A DNA stretch of 64,000 nucleotides, taken from an uncultured Chloroflexia bacterium (GTDB taxonomy: Bacteria; Chloroflexota; Anaerolineae; CG2-30-64-16). Every line of letters starts with the position of its first letter. Position 1 is the first letter of the stretch. The DNA lies in assembly GCA_963774265.1 (NCBI GenBank), contig CAVZDU010000003.1, forward strand, positions 256,001 through 320,000. The letters run 5' to 3'. A program made the position numbers and the translations under genes. The notes under the pieces are model-generated. The model saw only the letters and a program-made list of their open reading frames with translations, made no database searches and was not told the origin of the DNA. Below, piece by piece: positions 32,756 to 44,660 of this stretch.

Positions 32756-33514
32756 TCACTGCAGGTTGACCGACGTCCCCCCGTCCACCACGAGCGTCGC
32801 GCCCGTGCACCATGCAGAGTCGTCGGTGGCAAAGAAGAGGACAGGGCCGGCGATGTCCTCGGGCTGGCCCAGCCGGCCCAGCGGGGCGCGCTTTGACCAG
32901 TAGTCGCGCATCGCCGGATCGGCCAGTGCATCGCGGTTGATGTCGGTCTCGACGGTGCCGGGCAGCACCGCGTTGACGGTGATGCCGTGCGGTCCCAGCG
33001 AGATCGCCATGGATTTGACCAGCAGGTTGATGCCCGCTTTGGATGCGCAGTAGTGCGCCTGCTGGCTGCCGCCGAACTCGGCCGAGATCGAGCTGATCGC
33101 AATGATGCGGCCCCGAATGCCCCGCTCGACCATGATCCGGCTGACCGCCTGCGAGACCAGAAAGTAGCCCTTGAGATTCGTATCCAGCACCTGGTCCCAC
33201 AGCGCCTCGGGCATCTCCAGGAAGCCGGCGAACGGACAGATGCCCGCATCGTTGACCAGGATGTCGATCGTGCTCCAGTGCTCCAGGACGTCCGCCACCA
33301 TGGCCTGCACCTGGCTGCCGTCGGATACATCGGTTCGTACGAAGATCGCCTGGCCGCCCCCCGCCTCAATCAGGCGGACAGTCTCGCGGGCCTCCGCCTC
33401 GCGCTGATCGACGACGGCCACCCGCGCGCCTTCCTGCCCGAACCGCAGTGCGATGGCTCGTCCGATCCCTCGCGCCGCGCCGGTGACGATGGCGACTTTG
33501 CCGCTGAGCCGCAT
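32756..33514 (-). CDS. SDR, L-rhamnose 1-dehydrogenase (LRA1)-like
   Basis: [53 protein letters not shown] and C-terminal VDGG..VNLQ, recalled as typical of LRA1. Confidence 0.75.
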   Translation of the reverse strand: MRLSGKVAIVTGAARGIGRAIALRFGQEGARVAVVDQREAEARETVRLIEAGGGQAIFVRTDVSDGSQVQAMVADVLEHWSTIDILVNDAGICPFAGFLEMPEALWDQVLDTNLKGYFLVSQAVSRIMVERGIRGRIIAISSISAEFGGSQQAHYCASKAGINLLVKSMAISLGPHGITVNAVLPGTVETDINRDALADPAMRDYWSKRAPLGRLGQPEDIAGPVLFFATDDSAWCTGATLVVDGGTSVNLQ

Positions 33515-33547
33515 CAGCTATCCTCTCGAAGACGATAGTCGGTTACA

Positions 33548-33578
33548 GAGCCGGCTCCCCGTCTCGGGGAGCCGGCTC
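33548..33578. terminator. Perfect 13-bp stem-loop downstream of the binding-protein gene
   Basis: GAGCCGGCTCCCC-gtctc-GGGGAGCCGGCTC; no clear U-tract, so more likely an mRNA-stabilising or partial-termination hairpin. Confidence 0.65.
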
Positions 33579-33597
33579 GGCCAGGTGAAGCTGGCGC

Positions 33598-36500
33598 TTA
33601 CTGGACGTTATCTTTAGTGTACCTGGTGAAGGGGCCCATCAGGACGCGGAGGCCCTTTTCGCGGGTCGGGTCCTTGGTGATGGTGTAGGTGCCCATGCGG
33701 CCGGCTTCGAACTGCACGCCTTCCTTGGCTTCCATCTGGCCGGTGGCGATCAGGTAGGTGGTGTAGTAGGTCAGGTAGCCGAGATCGACGAACGACCAGA
33801 GGGCGAACTCGGGTGCGCAGCCGTTCTTGGTGTAGGCGACCATCTCGGAGGGCAGGCCCAGGCCGGAGATCTTGACCTTGTCGCAGAGCTTCTCATCCTG
33901 GAGCGCCTTGGCCGCGGACGCGATGCCGACGGTGGTGGGTGCGGTGATGAGCTTGAGGTCGGGGTACTTCTGGATCAGGGCCAGGGTTTGGTTGTAGCTC
34001 ATCTCGGACTGGTCGTTGCCATAGACGACGTCGACGAGCTGCAGCTTGGCGTACTTGGGATCCTTGAGCGCGTCCTTCATGGCGGCGATCCAGGCGTTTT
34101 GGTTGGCCGCATCGGGGGAGGCGGAGAGGACCGCGAACTTGCCGCCCTCGGCGCCGAGGATGTCGAGGACCATGTCGGCCAGGACGGTGCCGGTCTCTTT
34201 GAAGTCGACCTGGGCGATGAAGACCTGCTCACCCTGGGCCGAGGGGATCGGAGAGTCCCAGGTGACGACGGTGAGGCCCTTGGTGCGGGCGGCTTCGGCG
34301 GCAGGGCCGATCTGATCGCCCGCGTTGTTGGAGATCATCAGGGCCTTGACGCCCTGGGTGGGTGCGTTGGTGACGATCTCGATCTGGCCGGCCACGCTGT
34401 TATCCGCAGTGGGGCCGACGTAGTTGAGCTTGCCGGGGTTCTGCAGCTCCTTCTGAGCTTCTACGGCGCCGGCGTTGGCCTCGTCGAAGACGGCGTTGCC
34501 CATGAACTTGGGCAGCAGGGTCATATCGACCGATTGGCCGGGCTTCGCCTCGATCACTGCGGCAGGCGCAGGAGCGGGCGCCGCGCCGCCGGACTCGACG
34601 TTATCCTTGGTGTACTTGGTGAAGGGGCCCATCAGGACGCGCAGGCCCTGATCGCGGGTCGGGTCCTTGGTGATGGTGTAGGTGCCCATGCGGCCGGCCT
34701 TGAACTGCACGCCTTCCTTGGCTTCCATCTGGCCGGTGGCGATCAGGTAGGTGGTGTAGTAGGTCAGGTAGCCGAGATCGACGAACGACCAGAGGGCGAA
34801 CTCGGGTGCGCAGCCGTTCTTGGTGTAGGCGACCATCTCGGAGGGCAGGCCCAGGCCGGAGATCTTGACCTTGTCGCAGAGCTTCTCATCCTGGAGCGCC
34901 TTGGCCGCGGACGCGATGCCGACGGTGGTGGGTGCGGTGATGAGCTTGAGGTCGGGGTACTTCTGGATCAGGGCCAGGGTTTGGTTGTAGCTCATCTCGG
35001 ACTGGTCGTTGCCATAGACGACGTCGACGAGCTGCAGCTTGGCGTACTTGGGATCCTTGAGCGCGTCCTTCATGGCGGCGATCCAGGCGTTTTGGTTGGC
35101 CGCATCGGGGGAGGCGGAGAGGACCGCGAACTTGCCGCCCTCGGCGCCGAGGATGTCGAGGACCATGTCGGCCAGGACGGTGCCGGTCTCTTTGAAGTCG
35201 ACCTGGGCGATGAAGACCTGTTCGCCCTGGGCCGAGGGGATCGGAGAGTCCCAGGTGACGACGGTGAGGCCCTTGGTGCGGGCGGCTTCGGCGGCAGGGC
35301 CGATCTGGTCGCCCGCGTTGTTGGAGATCATCAGGGCCTTGACGCCCTGGGTGGGTGCGTTGGTGACGATCTCGATCTGGCCGGCCACGCTGTTATCCGC
35401 AGTGGGGCCGACGTAATTGAGCTTGCCGGGGTTCTGCAGCTCCTTCTGAGCTTCTACGGCGCCGGCGTTGGCCTCGTCGAAGACGGCGTTGCCCATGAAC
35501 TTGGGCAGCAGGGTCATATCGACCGATTGGCCGGGCTTCGCCTCGATCACTGCGGCAGGCGCAGGAGCGGGCGCCGCGCCGCCGGACTCGACGTTATCCT
35601 TGGTGTACTTGGTGAAGGGGCCCATCAGGACGCGCAGGCCCTGATCGCGGGTCGGGTCCTTGGTGATGGTGTAGGTGCCCATGCGGCCGGCCTTGAACTG
35701 CACGCCTTCCTTGGCTTCCATCTGGCCGGTGGCGATCAGGTAGGTGGTGTAGTAGGTCAGGTAGCCGAGATCGACGAACGACCAGAGGGCGAACTCGGGT
35801 GCGCAGCCGTTCTTGGTGTAGGCGACCATCTCGGAGGGCAGGCCCAGGCCGGAGATCTTGACCTTGTCGCAGAGCTTCTCATCCTGGAGCGCCTTGGCCG
35901 CGGACGCGATGCCGACGGTGGTGGGTGCGGTGATGAGCTTGAGGTCGGGGTACTTCTGGATCAGGGCCAGGGTTTGGTTGTAGCTCATCTCGGACTGGTC
36001 GTTGCCATAGACGACGTCGACGAGCTGCAGCTTGGCGTACTTGGGATCCTTGAGCGCGTCCTTCATGGCGGCGATCCAGGCGTTTTGGTTGGCCGCATCG
36101 GGGGAGGCGGAGAGGACCGCGAACTTGCCGCCCTCGGCGCCGAGGATGTCGAGGACCATGTCGGCCAGGACGGTGCCGGTCTCTTTGAAGTCGACCTGGG
36201 CGATGAAGACCTGTTCGCCCTGGGCCGAGGGGATCGGAGAGTCCCAGGTGACGACGGTGAGGCCCTTGGTGCGGGCGGCTTCGGCGGCAGGGCCGATCTG
36301 ATCGCCCGCGTTGTTGGAGATCATCAGGGCCTTGACGCCCTGGGTGGGTGCGTTGGTGACGATCTCGATCTGGCCGGCCACGCTGTTATCCGCAGTGGGG
36401 CCGACGTAATTGAGCTTGCCGGGGTTCTGCAGCTCCTTCTGAGCTTCTACGGCGCCGGCGTTGGCCTCGTCGAAGACGGCGTTGCCCATGAACTTGGGCA

Positions 36501-36729
36501 ACAGGGTCATATCGACCGACTGGCCGGGTTTGGCCTCGATCACACCGGCAGCCGCGGACGCCGGTGCGGCAGTAGGTTGGACAACTGCCGCCGGAGCAGC
36601 GGTCGGCTGCGCCGGAGCGGCGGTCGGTTGCGCTGGGGCTTGTGTTGGTTGCGCGGCGCCGCCACATGCCGAGATCAACATGCTCAAGATCATCAGCGCT
36701 GAGAGAAGTTGAAACATCCGGGTTTTCAT
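33598..36729 (-). CDS. rhaS: Rhamnose-type ABC substrate-binding lipoprotein with three tandem near-identical binding modules
   Basis: Lipobox LISAC; each 331-aa unit has [64 protein letters not shown]. Confidence 0.85.
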   Translation of the reverse strand: MKTRMFQLLSALMILSMLISACGGAAQPTQAPAQPTAAPAQPTAAPAAVVQPTAAPASAAAGVIEAKPGQSVDMTLLPKFMGNAVFDEANAGAVEAQKELQNPGKLNYVGPTADNSVAGQIEIVTNAPTQGVKALMISNNAGDQIGPAAEAARTKGLTVVTWDSPIPSAQGEQVFIAQVDFKETGTVLADMVLDILGAEGGKFAVLSASPDAANQNAWIAAMKDALKDPKYAKLQLVDVVYGNDQSEMSYNQTLALIQKYPDLKLITAPTTVGIASAAKALQDEKLCDKVKISGLGLPSEMVAYTKNGCAPEFALWSFVDLGYLTYYTTYLIATGQMEAKEGVQFKAGRMGTYTITKDPTRDQGLRVLMGPFTKYTKDNVESGGAAPAPAPAAVIEAKPGQSVDMTLLPKFMGNAVFDEANAGAVEAQKELQNPGKLNYVGPTADNSVAGQIEIVTNAPTQGVKALMISNNAGDQIGPAAEAARTKGLTVVTWDSPIPSAQGEQVFIAQVDFKETGTVLADMVLDILGAEGGKFAVLSASPDAANQNAWIAAMKDALKDPKYAKLQLVDVVYGNDQSEMSYNQTLALIQKYPDLKLITAPTTVGIASAAKALQDEKLCDKVKISGLGLPSEMVAYTKNGCAPEFALWSFVDLGYLTYYTTYLIATGQMEAKEGVQFKAGRMGTYTITKDPTRDQGLRVLMGPFTKYTKDNVESGGAAPAPAPAAVIEAKPGQSVDMTLLPKFMGNAVFDEANAGAVEAQKELQNPGKLNYVGPTADNSVAGQIEIVTNAPTQGVKALMISNNAGDQIGPAAEAARTKGLTVVTWDSPIPSAQGEQVFIAQVDFKETGTVLADMVLDILGAEGGKFAVLSASPDAANQNAWIAAMKDALKDPKYAKLQLVDVVYGNDQSEMSYNQTLALIQKYPDLKLITAPTTVGIASAAKALQDEKLCDKVKISGLGLPSEMVAYTKNGCAPEFALWSFVDLGYLTYYTTYLIATGQMEAKEGVQFEAGRMGTYTITKDPTREKGLRVLMGPFTRYTKDNVQ
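33605..36545. repeat. 993-bp intragenic tandem triplication
   Basis: Identical features recur at +993 and +1986 (e.g. ORF starts 34046/35039/36032), with only scattered substitutions. Confidence 0.97.
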
Positions 36730-36863
36730 GTGTGTCTCCTCCTGGGTAGACGTAACGTGAATTGGAAAGCGACCTCACTAAGCAAAGGGTCAACGTGCAT
36801 CTGGTGCGTGTAGCGCTCCTTTCTGCGCAAGCGGGATGGCAGGTTTCAACTTGAACGTCATGG

Positions 36864-37871
36864 TCAGCGTTGAAGGTTGGCCTGCAGGCGCCGACGGGTC
36901 ATGGCAGCCCGTGCATCTCTTAACAGATTCGGGCCGAGCACCGACAAGATCAGTAAGACGCCGATCACACCGGTCTGGAAATGACCGGACAGGCTGGCGA
37001 GGCCCATGCCGTTTCGCACGTTCAAAATGATCAGGATCGACAGGAACACGCCGTACAGCGTGCCCGAGCCGCCGAAGATGCTGACGCCGCCAAGCAGCGC
37101 CATGGTGATGATATCGAGCTCGTAACCCTGGGCCAGGTCGCCACGCACCGCGCCGAGGCGAGCGGCCAGGAGCAGCCCGGCCAGAGCCGACACCAGGCCG
37201 GAGGCGATGTACAGCAAGAACTTGACCCTGGGCACCCTAACCCCAGAGTAGCGGGCCATGTCCTTGTTGTTGCCGATCACGTAGACCTGGCGGCCGAATC
37301 CGGCATACTGCAGAATGATCAAGGCCAGTACGAACAGCCCGAGGAAGATGAGCAGTGATAGCGGGAAGGGGCCGATCAGGTTCTTCTGGCCGAGCTGGTT
37401 GAACCAGGCCGGGAACTGGCTGATGGACTTGTCCTCCAGCAGGACGCGGGCCAGACCGCGGTAGCAGATCAGCATGGATAGCGTCACCACCAGGGAATTG
37501 AGGCCTACCCGCGCGATCCAGAAACCGTTGAACAGGCCGCACGCCAGGCCGACGGACAGCGAGATGAGCAGCGCGGCGCCAAAGGGGATGTGATCACGAA
37601 ACAGGAAAGAAGTCACACAGGCCGACAGCCCCATGATCGACGGCGCGGACAGGTCGATCTCGCCGTTAATGATCAGGAGGGTCATGGTCAGGGCGACGAT
37701 GATCTTTTCGATCGAGAGGGTGAATAGGTTGATCTGGTTGTTGATGGTCAGATAGCCGGGCGCGACGAGGCTGTTGATCCCGACGATGACGATCAGCAGC
37801 GCCAACATCAACCCCTCCCAGCTCTTGAGCCGCTGCCAGGCGGTGCGCAGAAAGCTTGGTTTAGCCGACAT
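36864..37871 (-). CDS. rhaQ: Sugar (rhamnose) ABC transporter permease
   Basis: [43 protein letters not shown]. Confidence 0.82.
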   Translation of the reverse strand: MSAKPSFLRTAWQRLKSWEGLMLALLIVIVGINSLVAPGYLTINNQINLFTLSIEKIIVALTMTLLIINGEIDLSAPSIMGLSACVTSFLFRDHIPFGAALLISLSVGLACGLFNGFWIARVGLNSLVVTLSMLICYRGLARVLLEDKSISQFPAWFNQLGQKNLIGPFPLSLLIFLGLFVLALIILQYAGFGRQVYVIGNNKDMARYSGVRVPRVKFLLYIASGLVSALAGLLLAARLGAVRGDLAQGYELDIITMALLGGVSIFGGSGTLYGVFLSILIILNVRNGMGLASLSGHFQTGVIGVLLILSVLGPNLLRDARAAMTRRRLQANLQR

Positions 37872-38934
37872 GGGTCACCCCCTTCGACGGTTCCTTCGAT
37901 TCCTCACCCGGCCTGTCCGCTCCGACTTGCAGCCCGACGCGCGCCCACAAGTTCTTGAGGCGGCCAAAGACGACGAAGTCCAGCGCGACCGCGAGCAGGA
38001 TCAGCATGCCGAGGATGGCGTCGAGCCAGAACTCGCTGATGACCGCCCAACGAAAGAGGCTATTTTGCAGCAGGTCGATCAGCAGCGCGCCGAGGAACGC
38101 GCCGACGACGGTGCCGGAGCCGCCCGCGTTGCTGACGCCGCCCACCACCGCGGCCGCGATGGACTGGAATTCCAGCCCGGTGCCGGCCAGCACGGTGATG
38201 TTGCCGAACCGGACCAGGAACAGGAAGCCCGCCAGGCCCGCCAGCGCGCCGCTCAGGACGAAGGCCACAAACACGATCCGCTTGGCGGGGAACCCCGCGA
38301 TGCGGGCCGCATCCGGGTTCGAGCCGATCGCGTACAGCCGCCGGCCGAACGGTAAGAACGACAGCACCAGCTGAAAGAGGATGATCACCAGGATCATGAC
38401 CACGAACAAGATGCGCACGTCGAACTGCCCGATCGTCAACACGCTCTTGGCCGACAGGTTGACGAGCCATTCCGGCAGGTTGTTGGTGGTGATCGGGATC
38501 GCATGGGAGTACTCGACCAGGAAGCTGCGGTAGATCGCCAGGGTGGCGATGGTGGTGATGATCGAGGGCACGCGGCCGTAGGCGATCAGAATGCCGTTGA
38601 TGGACCCCATTAGCACGCCGATGGCCAGCGCCATCAGCACCGCGGCGAACGGCGGGATGCCCGGATGATGCCAAAGCTGCTGGCCCACGATGTAGGCCGT
38701 GACCCCAACGATGGAGCCGAGCGATAGGTCGAAGTTGCGGGTCAGAAAGACGAGGGTCTGCCCGATCGCCAATACGGCCACGACCACCACGCTGGTGGAT
38801 TCACGGATGATGAACCGCGCGTTGAAGTAGCCCGGAATCTGGATGGAGAAGAAGACCACGACCAGGGCCATCAGCACGAGCAGGAAGAGCAGGCGGAGCT
38901 GTTCAGGGCGGAAGCGGCTGACGAGTGTCTTCAT
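37861..38934 (-). CDS. rhaP: Sugar (rhamnose) ABC transporter permease
   Basis: [45 protein letters not shown]. Confidence 0.82.
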   Translation of the reverse strand: MKTLVSRFRPEQLRLLFLLVLMALVVVFFSIQIPGYFNARFIIRESTSVVVVAVLAIGQTLVFLTRNFDLSLGSIVGVTAYIVGQQLWHHPGIPPFAAVLMALAIGVLMGSINGILIAYGRVPSIITTIATLAIYRSFLVEYSHAIPITTNNLPEWLVNLSAKSVLTIGQFDVRILFVVMILVIILFQLVLSFLPFGRRLYAIGSNPDAARIAGFPAKRIVFVAFVLSGALAGLAGFLFLVRFGNITVLAGTGLEFQSIAAAVVGGVSNAGGSGTVVGAFLGALLIDLLQNSLFRWAVISEFWLDAILGMLILLAVALDFVVFGRLKNLWARVGLQVGADRPGEESKEPSKGVTHVG

Positions 38935-38935
38935 G

Positions 38936-40484
38936 TTACGCCCTCCGTTCTGGAGATTGCACGGGTTGACCCATCGCGGCGGCCATGACGCTCTCCTCGG
39001 TGGCCTCGGCGCGCTCCAGGATCGCCATCTGGCGCCCCTCGCGCATCACCAGTACGCGATCGCTCATGGCGAGCACTTCGGGTAGATCGGATGAGATCAT
39101 GATCACCGCCAGCCCCTGGCTGGCCAGGTCGCTGATCATGTGGTGCACCTCGGCCTTGGCCCCCACATCGATACCGCGGGTGGGCTCATCCAGAATCAGC
39201 AGCTTGGGGTCCGCGTTGAGCCACTTGCTGAGCATCACCTTCTGCTGGTTCCCGCCGGAGAGGCGAGCCACCTCCGCGAGGACGGACGGCGTGCGAATGT
39301 TGAGACGCTTGCGAAACTTCTCAGCCGTGGCAATTTCATCGCGCTGGCGCACCAGGCCCAACGGACTCAGATAGCTTGACAGCATCGGCAGCGAGATGTT
39401 GGCCGCCACGGACATCGGCATGGCCAGGCCGAGCTGGCGGCGATCTTCGGTGGCGTACGCGATGCCCAGCCGCAGCGCTTCGCCCGGCGATCGGATGCGG
39501 CGCGCCTGGCCCTCCGACGAGGATCTCACCGGTGTCGGACGGCTCGATGCCGAACAGCGCCAGCCCCACGTCGGTGCGCCGCGAGCCGATCAGGCCGGCG
39601 AAACCGAGCACCTCACCGCGATAGACGTCGAAATTGACCCCCTCGAAGACGCCGTTCTTGCCGAGATTCCGAACCGAGAGCAACCGCTCACCGCGTTCGC
39701 TCTTGCCCTTGGCGAAGAAATCGCTTATATCGCGGCCGACCATGTCTCGGATGACAATGTCGTGGTTCACCTGGCCGCGCGGCCGGGAGGAGATCCATTT
39801 TCCATCGCGCAGCACCGTGATGCGGTCGGCGATCCGAAAGACTTCTTCGAGACGGTGGCCGATGAAGAGAATGGCAACGCCCTGGCTGCACAGCGAGCGC
39901 ACCAGTGTGAAGAGCTGGGACACTTCATGTTGCGAGAGCGAGGCGGTGGGTTCGTCCATGATCAACACGCGGACCCGCAACGAGATGGCTTTGGCGATCT
40001 CGACCGCCTGTTGCGCGGCCAGGGTGAGTCCGCGGGCGGGCACGTGCACGTCCAGCTGCACGCCTAACTTGTCAAGGATCTCCTCGGCATCGGCGTACAT
40101 TTTGCTCCAGCGCACGATCGGGCCGCGGTTTGCGTGGCTGATGAAGATGTTCTCTGCCACGTTTAGGTCCGGATAGACCATCGGCTCCTGATAGATGGCG
40201 GCGATGCCGAGCGTCTGCGCCTCTTGCGAGTTGCGGACCTGCACGGGTTTGCCATCGAGCAGAATGTCGCCGGTGTCGGTTTGGTAGACGCCGGTCATGA
40301 TCTTGATGAGCGTGGATTTGCCGGCGCCGTTCTCGCCGATGACCGCATGGACCTCTCCCGGATAGAGGGTCAGCGAGACATCATCCAGGGCCTGGGTGGC
40401 GTCGAAGCGCTTGGAGATGTGACGCATCTCCATAACCGGCCCCACAGGCATGGCTCCCAATGTTTTGTCGGATGGTGGGATCAT
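38936..40484 (-). CDS. rhaT: Sugar (rhamnose) ABC transporter ATP-binding protein (CUT2, two NBDs), frameshift near 39510
   Basis: [40 protein letters not shown]. Confidence 0.85.
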
Positions 40485-42253
40485 CGCGTGGTGTGCCCCT
40501 TCCGTTGAGGTGCTGTCTCTTGGGCCGAAACGAATGTATGGTCGATGTAGATAGCCGGTGGAACCGGGTCGCCGCGCAAGATCTTCAGGCTAAGATCGAT
40601 CAGCCGGCCGCCGTAGGCCTCCGGCGCATAGCTGGTGGAGCCGACAAACGGGAAGTCCGCGCGTTGCAGCGCGGCGCGACCCAGCCGGTCCGCGTTTTGA
40701 CCGACCGCAGCGACCCTGTCGAGCTGACCTGCCGCCTCGAAAGCGGCGAGCGCGCCCAGGGCTGCGTCGTCGTTGTGGCTGATGATGGCGATGCGGGCGG
40801 GTTGAGGATTGAGGATTGAAGATCGAAGATTGTGAATTGCAGATTGAAGACTTGGCAGTTGCTCGGCTATCATCGCCTGGGCCTCGTGCATCAGGGTCGG
40901 GCAGGGGAGCGTCATAACGCATTCATCCGGGATCCGGCCCAGCACGGCCTCCAGTCCGTCGCGTCCCCCTTGCAGCCGGGCGGCCGGGGTGCTGCCCGCC
41001 CGCGCATCCACCAGGCACAGCAGGAGATCGAAGGCGCCCGCCCAGTGCGCCTGGATCCAGCGGCCCAGCCCTTCGCCGGCCAGGTACCCCGCACGGTAGT
41101 TGTCCGCGCCGAAGAAAATCGCACCCGGCAGGGGGATGTCCACCGCGATGACCGGGATTTTGGCCTGGCGGAAGCGCTCCATGATGATGTTGCCGGCCTC
41201 GAGCGTCGATCTGATACTCGATCACCAGGTCGACCTGACGCTCGATGAACCAGTCCACGTTTTCCAGCGCGCGGCGGCGGTCCAGGTCGTTGTCGCGGAT
41301 GAGCAGCTCGACGTTCTTTTGGGCCACCACAGCTCCTTCGAGGCCCAGGCGCACCTGCACGGCGAAGGGCATCCGTTCGGACAGATTAGCGAAGCCGATT
41401 TTGTAGTAGGGGCGGCCCTCACCCACCTCGTGAGGTGTATCGCACGGGGCGAAGGTCGAAATCGTGCTCTCGTCGCAGACCGTCAGCTGGAACACAGGCG
41501 CTTCGCAACTGCTCGATCCACTCGGGCGACACACTGCTGTCGGTGAAGATGTGGGCGATTTGATCGACGCGGGCGAAAGGCGCCAGGCCGACCTTGCCGA
41601 ACTTGCTGGCATCGATCAGCGCGATGACCGAGCCTGCGGCCGCGACCATCCTGGCTTTGAGTTGCGCGTCCAGGATGTCTGCCTCGGTCAGGCCGGCCTC
41701 CGGTGTAAAAGCCCTGCATGAGACGAACGCCAGTTTGACGTGGCAGGTCTTTGAGGATGGGATCGCTGAGGACGTCGGTTGTGGGCACGCCGTCCCCGCG
41801 CAGCAAGCCGCCCAGGAGCATCACCGTGTTCGTGGGATTCTGCGCCAGCTTCCGGCCCACCTCGATGCCGTTGGTGACGATCGTCAGGTTGCGCCGATCC
41901 ATCAGGAAATCGGCAAGGTGATAGACGGTGCTGCTGGCATCGAGCACGATCGAATCGCCGTCTTCGATCAGGTCCGATGCCCAGCGCGCCATTCGCTCCT
42001 TGGCCGCATGATTGATCGCGCAGCGAGCCAGGAATGGCGGGCTGGATGCGCCGTGCTCGCCGTTGGTCGGCTCGGCCAGCGCAGCGCCTCCGCGGATGCG
42101 CCGCAGGAGTCCTTCTGCGGCTAACGCGTTGAAATCATTGCGGATGGTGTTGGGGCTGACGACAAGGCGTGCCGCGACCTCGTCCACGTCCAGCATGCCG
42201 GACTCGCGCAGCAGTGAGAGGATGATTTGCCGGCGCTTGTGGGTTTCCAACAC
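40481..42253 (-). CDS. DeoR-family regulator fused to a C-terminal periplasmic-binding-protein-like sugar-binding domain (frameshifted)
   Basis: N-terminal RRQIIL...[24 protein letters not shown] and LDASST, DASKFG (DeoR). Continues without an obvious new start into [48 protein letters not shown]. Confidence 0.75.
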
Positions 42254-42311
42254 TGGGCCCGATCCTTGAGTCGCCGAAGGGTTGATGGTTGCCGGTAGTT
42301 ACAGTGTCGCC

Positions 42312-42383
42312 AGCATACCATGTTTGTGAGAGTTTGTCAATACCTGTATTTGATTGTGAAACCAGAAAACAATATTGTGAATT
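42312..42383 (-). promoter_or_regulatory. Sigma70 promoter for the regulator/ABC operon with TTGTGA direct repeats
   Basis: Minus strand TTGACA (42340-42335), 17 bp, TATGCT (42317-42312) with extended-10 TG; TTGTGA at 42324, 42354 and 42375 are candidate DeoR-type sites. Confidence 0.7.
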
Positions 42384-42414
42384 GATGAAGATTTAGCGGA
42401 ATCGGGCGTATGCC

Positions 42415-43897
42415 TCATCCCATGTGTCCGTGTCTTGCGGCTCGAATTCCTCCGTATCGAAGGAGCGGCGGATGATCGCGCGACCTTCGGCCAGCGATGC
42501 TGATGGCGCCGGTGGCGAGCATCTGCATCAGCACATTGCCGGCCGCCGTGGCCTCGATTGGCCCCGCGACCACTGGCCGGCCGGTGGCATCAGCCGCAAA
42601 CTGCGACAGGAGCCGATTTTGCGTCCCGCCGCCCACAATGTGCAGCACGGCATTGCGTCGCCCGATGAGTTGGTCCAGCATCTCCAGCGTGCGACGGTAT
42701 TTCAGCGCCAGGCTCTCGAACACAACGCGCGCGACCGTGCCTCGATCCTGGGGCACGGGTTGTCCGGTGGCCGCGCAATACGCACGGATGCGCGCGGGCA
42801 TGTCGCCCGGCGTCGACAAATTCCCTGGCATCGACGTCGATGAGCGCAGTGAACTCAGGCGCTAGCGCTGCCATGACGACGATCTCGTCCCAGGACAGCG
42901 GCTCCGCTCTCCTGGATCCAGGTCCGCCGGCATTCCTGGATCACCCACAGCCCGGTGATGTTCTTGAGCAGGCGGATGGTGTCGCAGACGCCGCCTTCGT
43001 TGGTGACGTTGAACGCCAGGCTTTGCTCGTTCACCACCGGCTCGGCTGCTTTCGACGCCCATCAGCGACCAGGTGCCCGAGCTGAGATAGGCGTAGTCTT
43101 CGCTCTGCCCGCGTGCCGGCACCGCGGCGACGGCGCAGGCCGTGTCGTGGCAGCCGGGCGCGACGACCGTGAGGCCCGCGGCGCCGGTCTCCGCAGCCGA
43201 CGTGTGGCAGCAGCTCGCCCAGCACCGTGCCTGGCGCGACGATCTCGGGGAAAGATGGCGGTCGGAATGCCCATCCGGTCAATCAGCGGCCTGGCCCAGT
43301 CGCCCGTGAAGGGGTCGAGGCATTGGCTGGTGCTGGCGATGCTCCGTTCGCTCACCTTCCGGCCGGTCGAGCCAGTAGTTGAGCAGATCAGGTATGAAAA
43401 GCAGCGTTTCGGCGGCCTTCAGAGCCGGGTCGATCCCGCACGACCATCGCCAGGAGTTGGTAGAGCGAGTTGATCTGCATGAACTGGATGCCAGTCGCCG
43501 CGAAGATCTGCTCACGGCGGGACCCGCCGGAACGCCTCTTCGAGCATGCCGTCGGTGCGGCTGTCCCGGTAGTGATAGGGATTGCCCAGCAGCACGCCCG
43601 CCGCGGTCCAGCAGCCCGAAGTCCACACCCCACGCATCCAGGCCGACGCTCACCAACCCTGGGCCGGTCGAATGTTCGCAGGCCGCCACCGCCTTAGCCA
43701 GCCCTTCTTTGGCCTCGCTGTACAGTCGCGCGGCGTCCCAATACAGGCTGCTGCCGTACGCGGTCGGCAACGCCACCGGCCCGTTCGGCAAAGCGGTGCA
43801 CTTCCTCCAGGTGCAAACGCTCACCATCGAAGCGCCCGATCATCGCGCGTCCGCCGGATGCACCGAAGTCCAGGGCCAGGTAGTTCTGGGTCATCAT
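42415..43897 (-). CDS. rhaB: Rhamnulokinase (FGGY family), second paralog, frameshifted
   Basis: [76 protein letters not shown]. Confidence 0.85.
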
Positions 43898-44000
43898 GTC
43901 TCCTCCCCCAACTTGACGATGCGCGCTTCCACACGCTGCACCTCAGCGGAAGTGAAGGTTATCATGATGGGACTTGAGCGTCAAAGCGGTGCACCGTCTC

Positions 44001-44445
44001 TCAATGCGGCGCCCTTTGCCCCCTGATATACCCCTCCAGATTGCGGATCTCAGAACGCTGCTCCGAGATGATCCACTTTCCGATGTCGCCGATGCTCACG
44101 ATGCCGCTCAGCCGCCCCTCCGTCAACACGGGCAGGTGGCGAAACTGCCGATCCGTCATCATAGCAAGACACTCGTCGATTCCGAAGTCAGGGTCGATCG
44201 TCACCACCGGCGAGCTCATCAACTCGCGGACCAGCGTCTTGTCCGAGTGCCGACCCATCAGGATACACTTGCCGCGCATAGTCGCGCTCCGAGAAGATGC
44301 CGATCAACTGGTCGCCCTCCGTAACGGGCAGCGCCCCCACGTTCTTTTCGGCCATGACCTCAAGGGCCCTGTACACGGTGTCGTCGGGCCCTATGGTCCA
44401 CACATCGGTCGACTTGTATCGCAGGATGTCCTTGATTTTGTTCAT
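44001..44445 (-). CDS. CBS domain pair protein
   Basis: MAEKNVGALPV..GIFSERDYAR, FRHLPV..GIVSIGD; one frameshift. Confidence 0.88.
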
Positions 44446-44509
44446 CGTTTGAACTCCCCGCCTGATCTGTGGATTATCACCGGCAGCAGTGACCAGATTA
44501 CAGGCACAA

Positions 44510-44650
44510 GTATTATACAATAGAAGTGCAAATGTGACAAGGGCAAACTACACCATTAATTATATTATTATTGGGACTTGTAATTTGGCGAAAAGTGTTT
44601 TACAATTGCATAGATCATTTATTTGGAAGTTCTTCCTAATCACGGAGGGG
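44510..44650. promoter_or_regulatory. AT-rich divergent promoter region
   Basis: Sharp AT-rich patch between the divergent CBS and META genes; GGAGG RBS before 44661; no operator assignable. Confidence 0.45.
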
Positions 44651-44660
44651 GTGTGTCACT

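Noticed and set aside
33988-36702. 904-aa plus-strand ORF
   Set aside because: Antisense shadow of the GC3-biased triplicated binding-protein gene, with no recognisable motifs. The same applies to most long antisense ORFs in the track.
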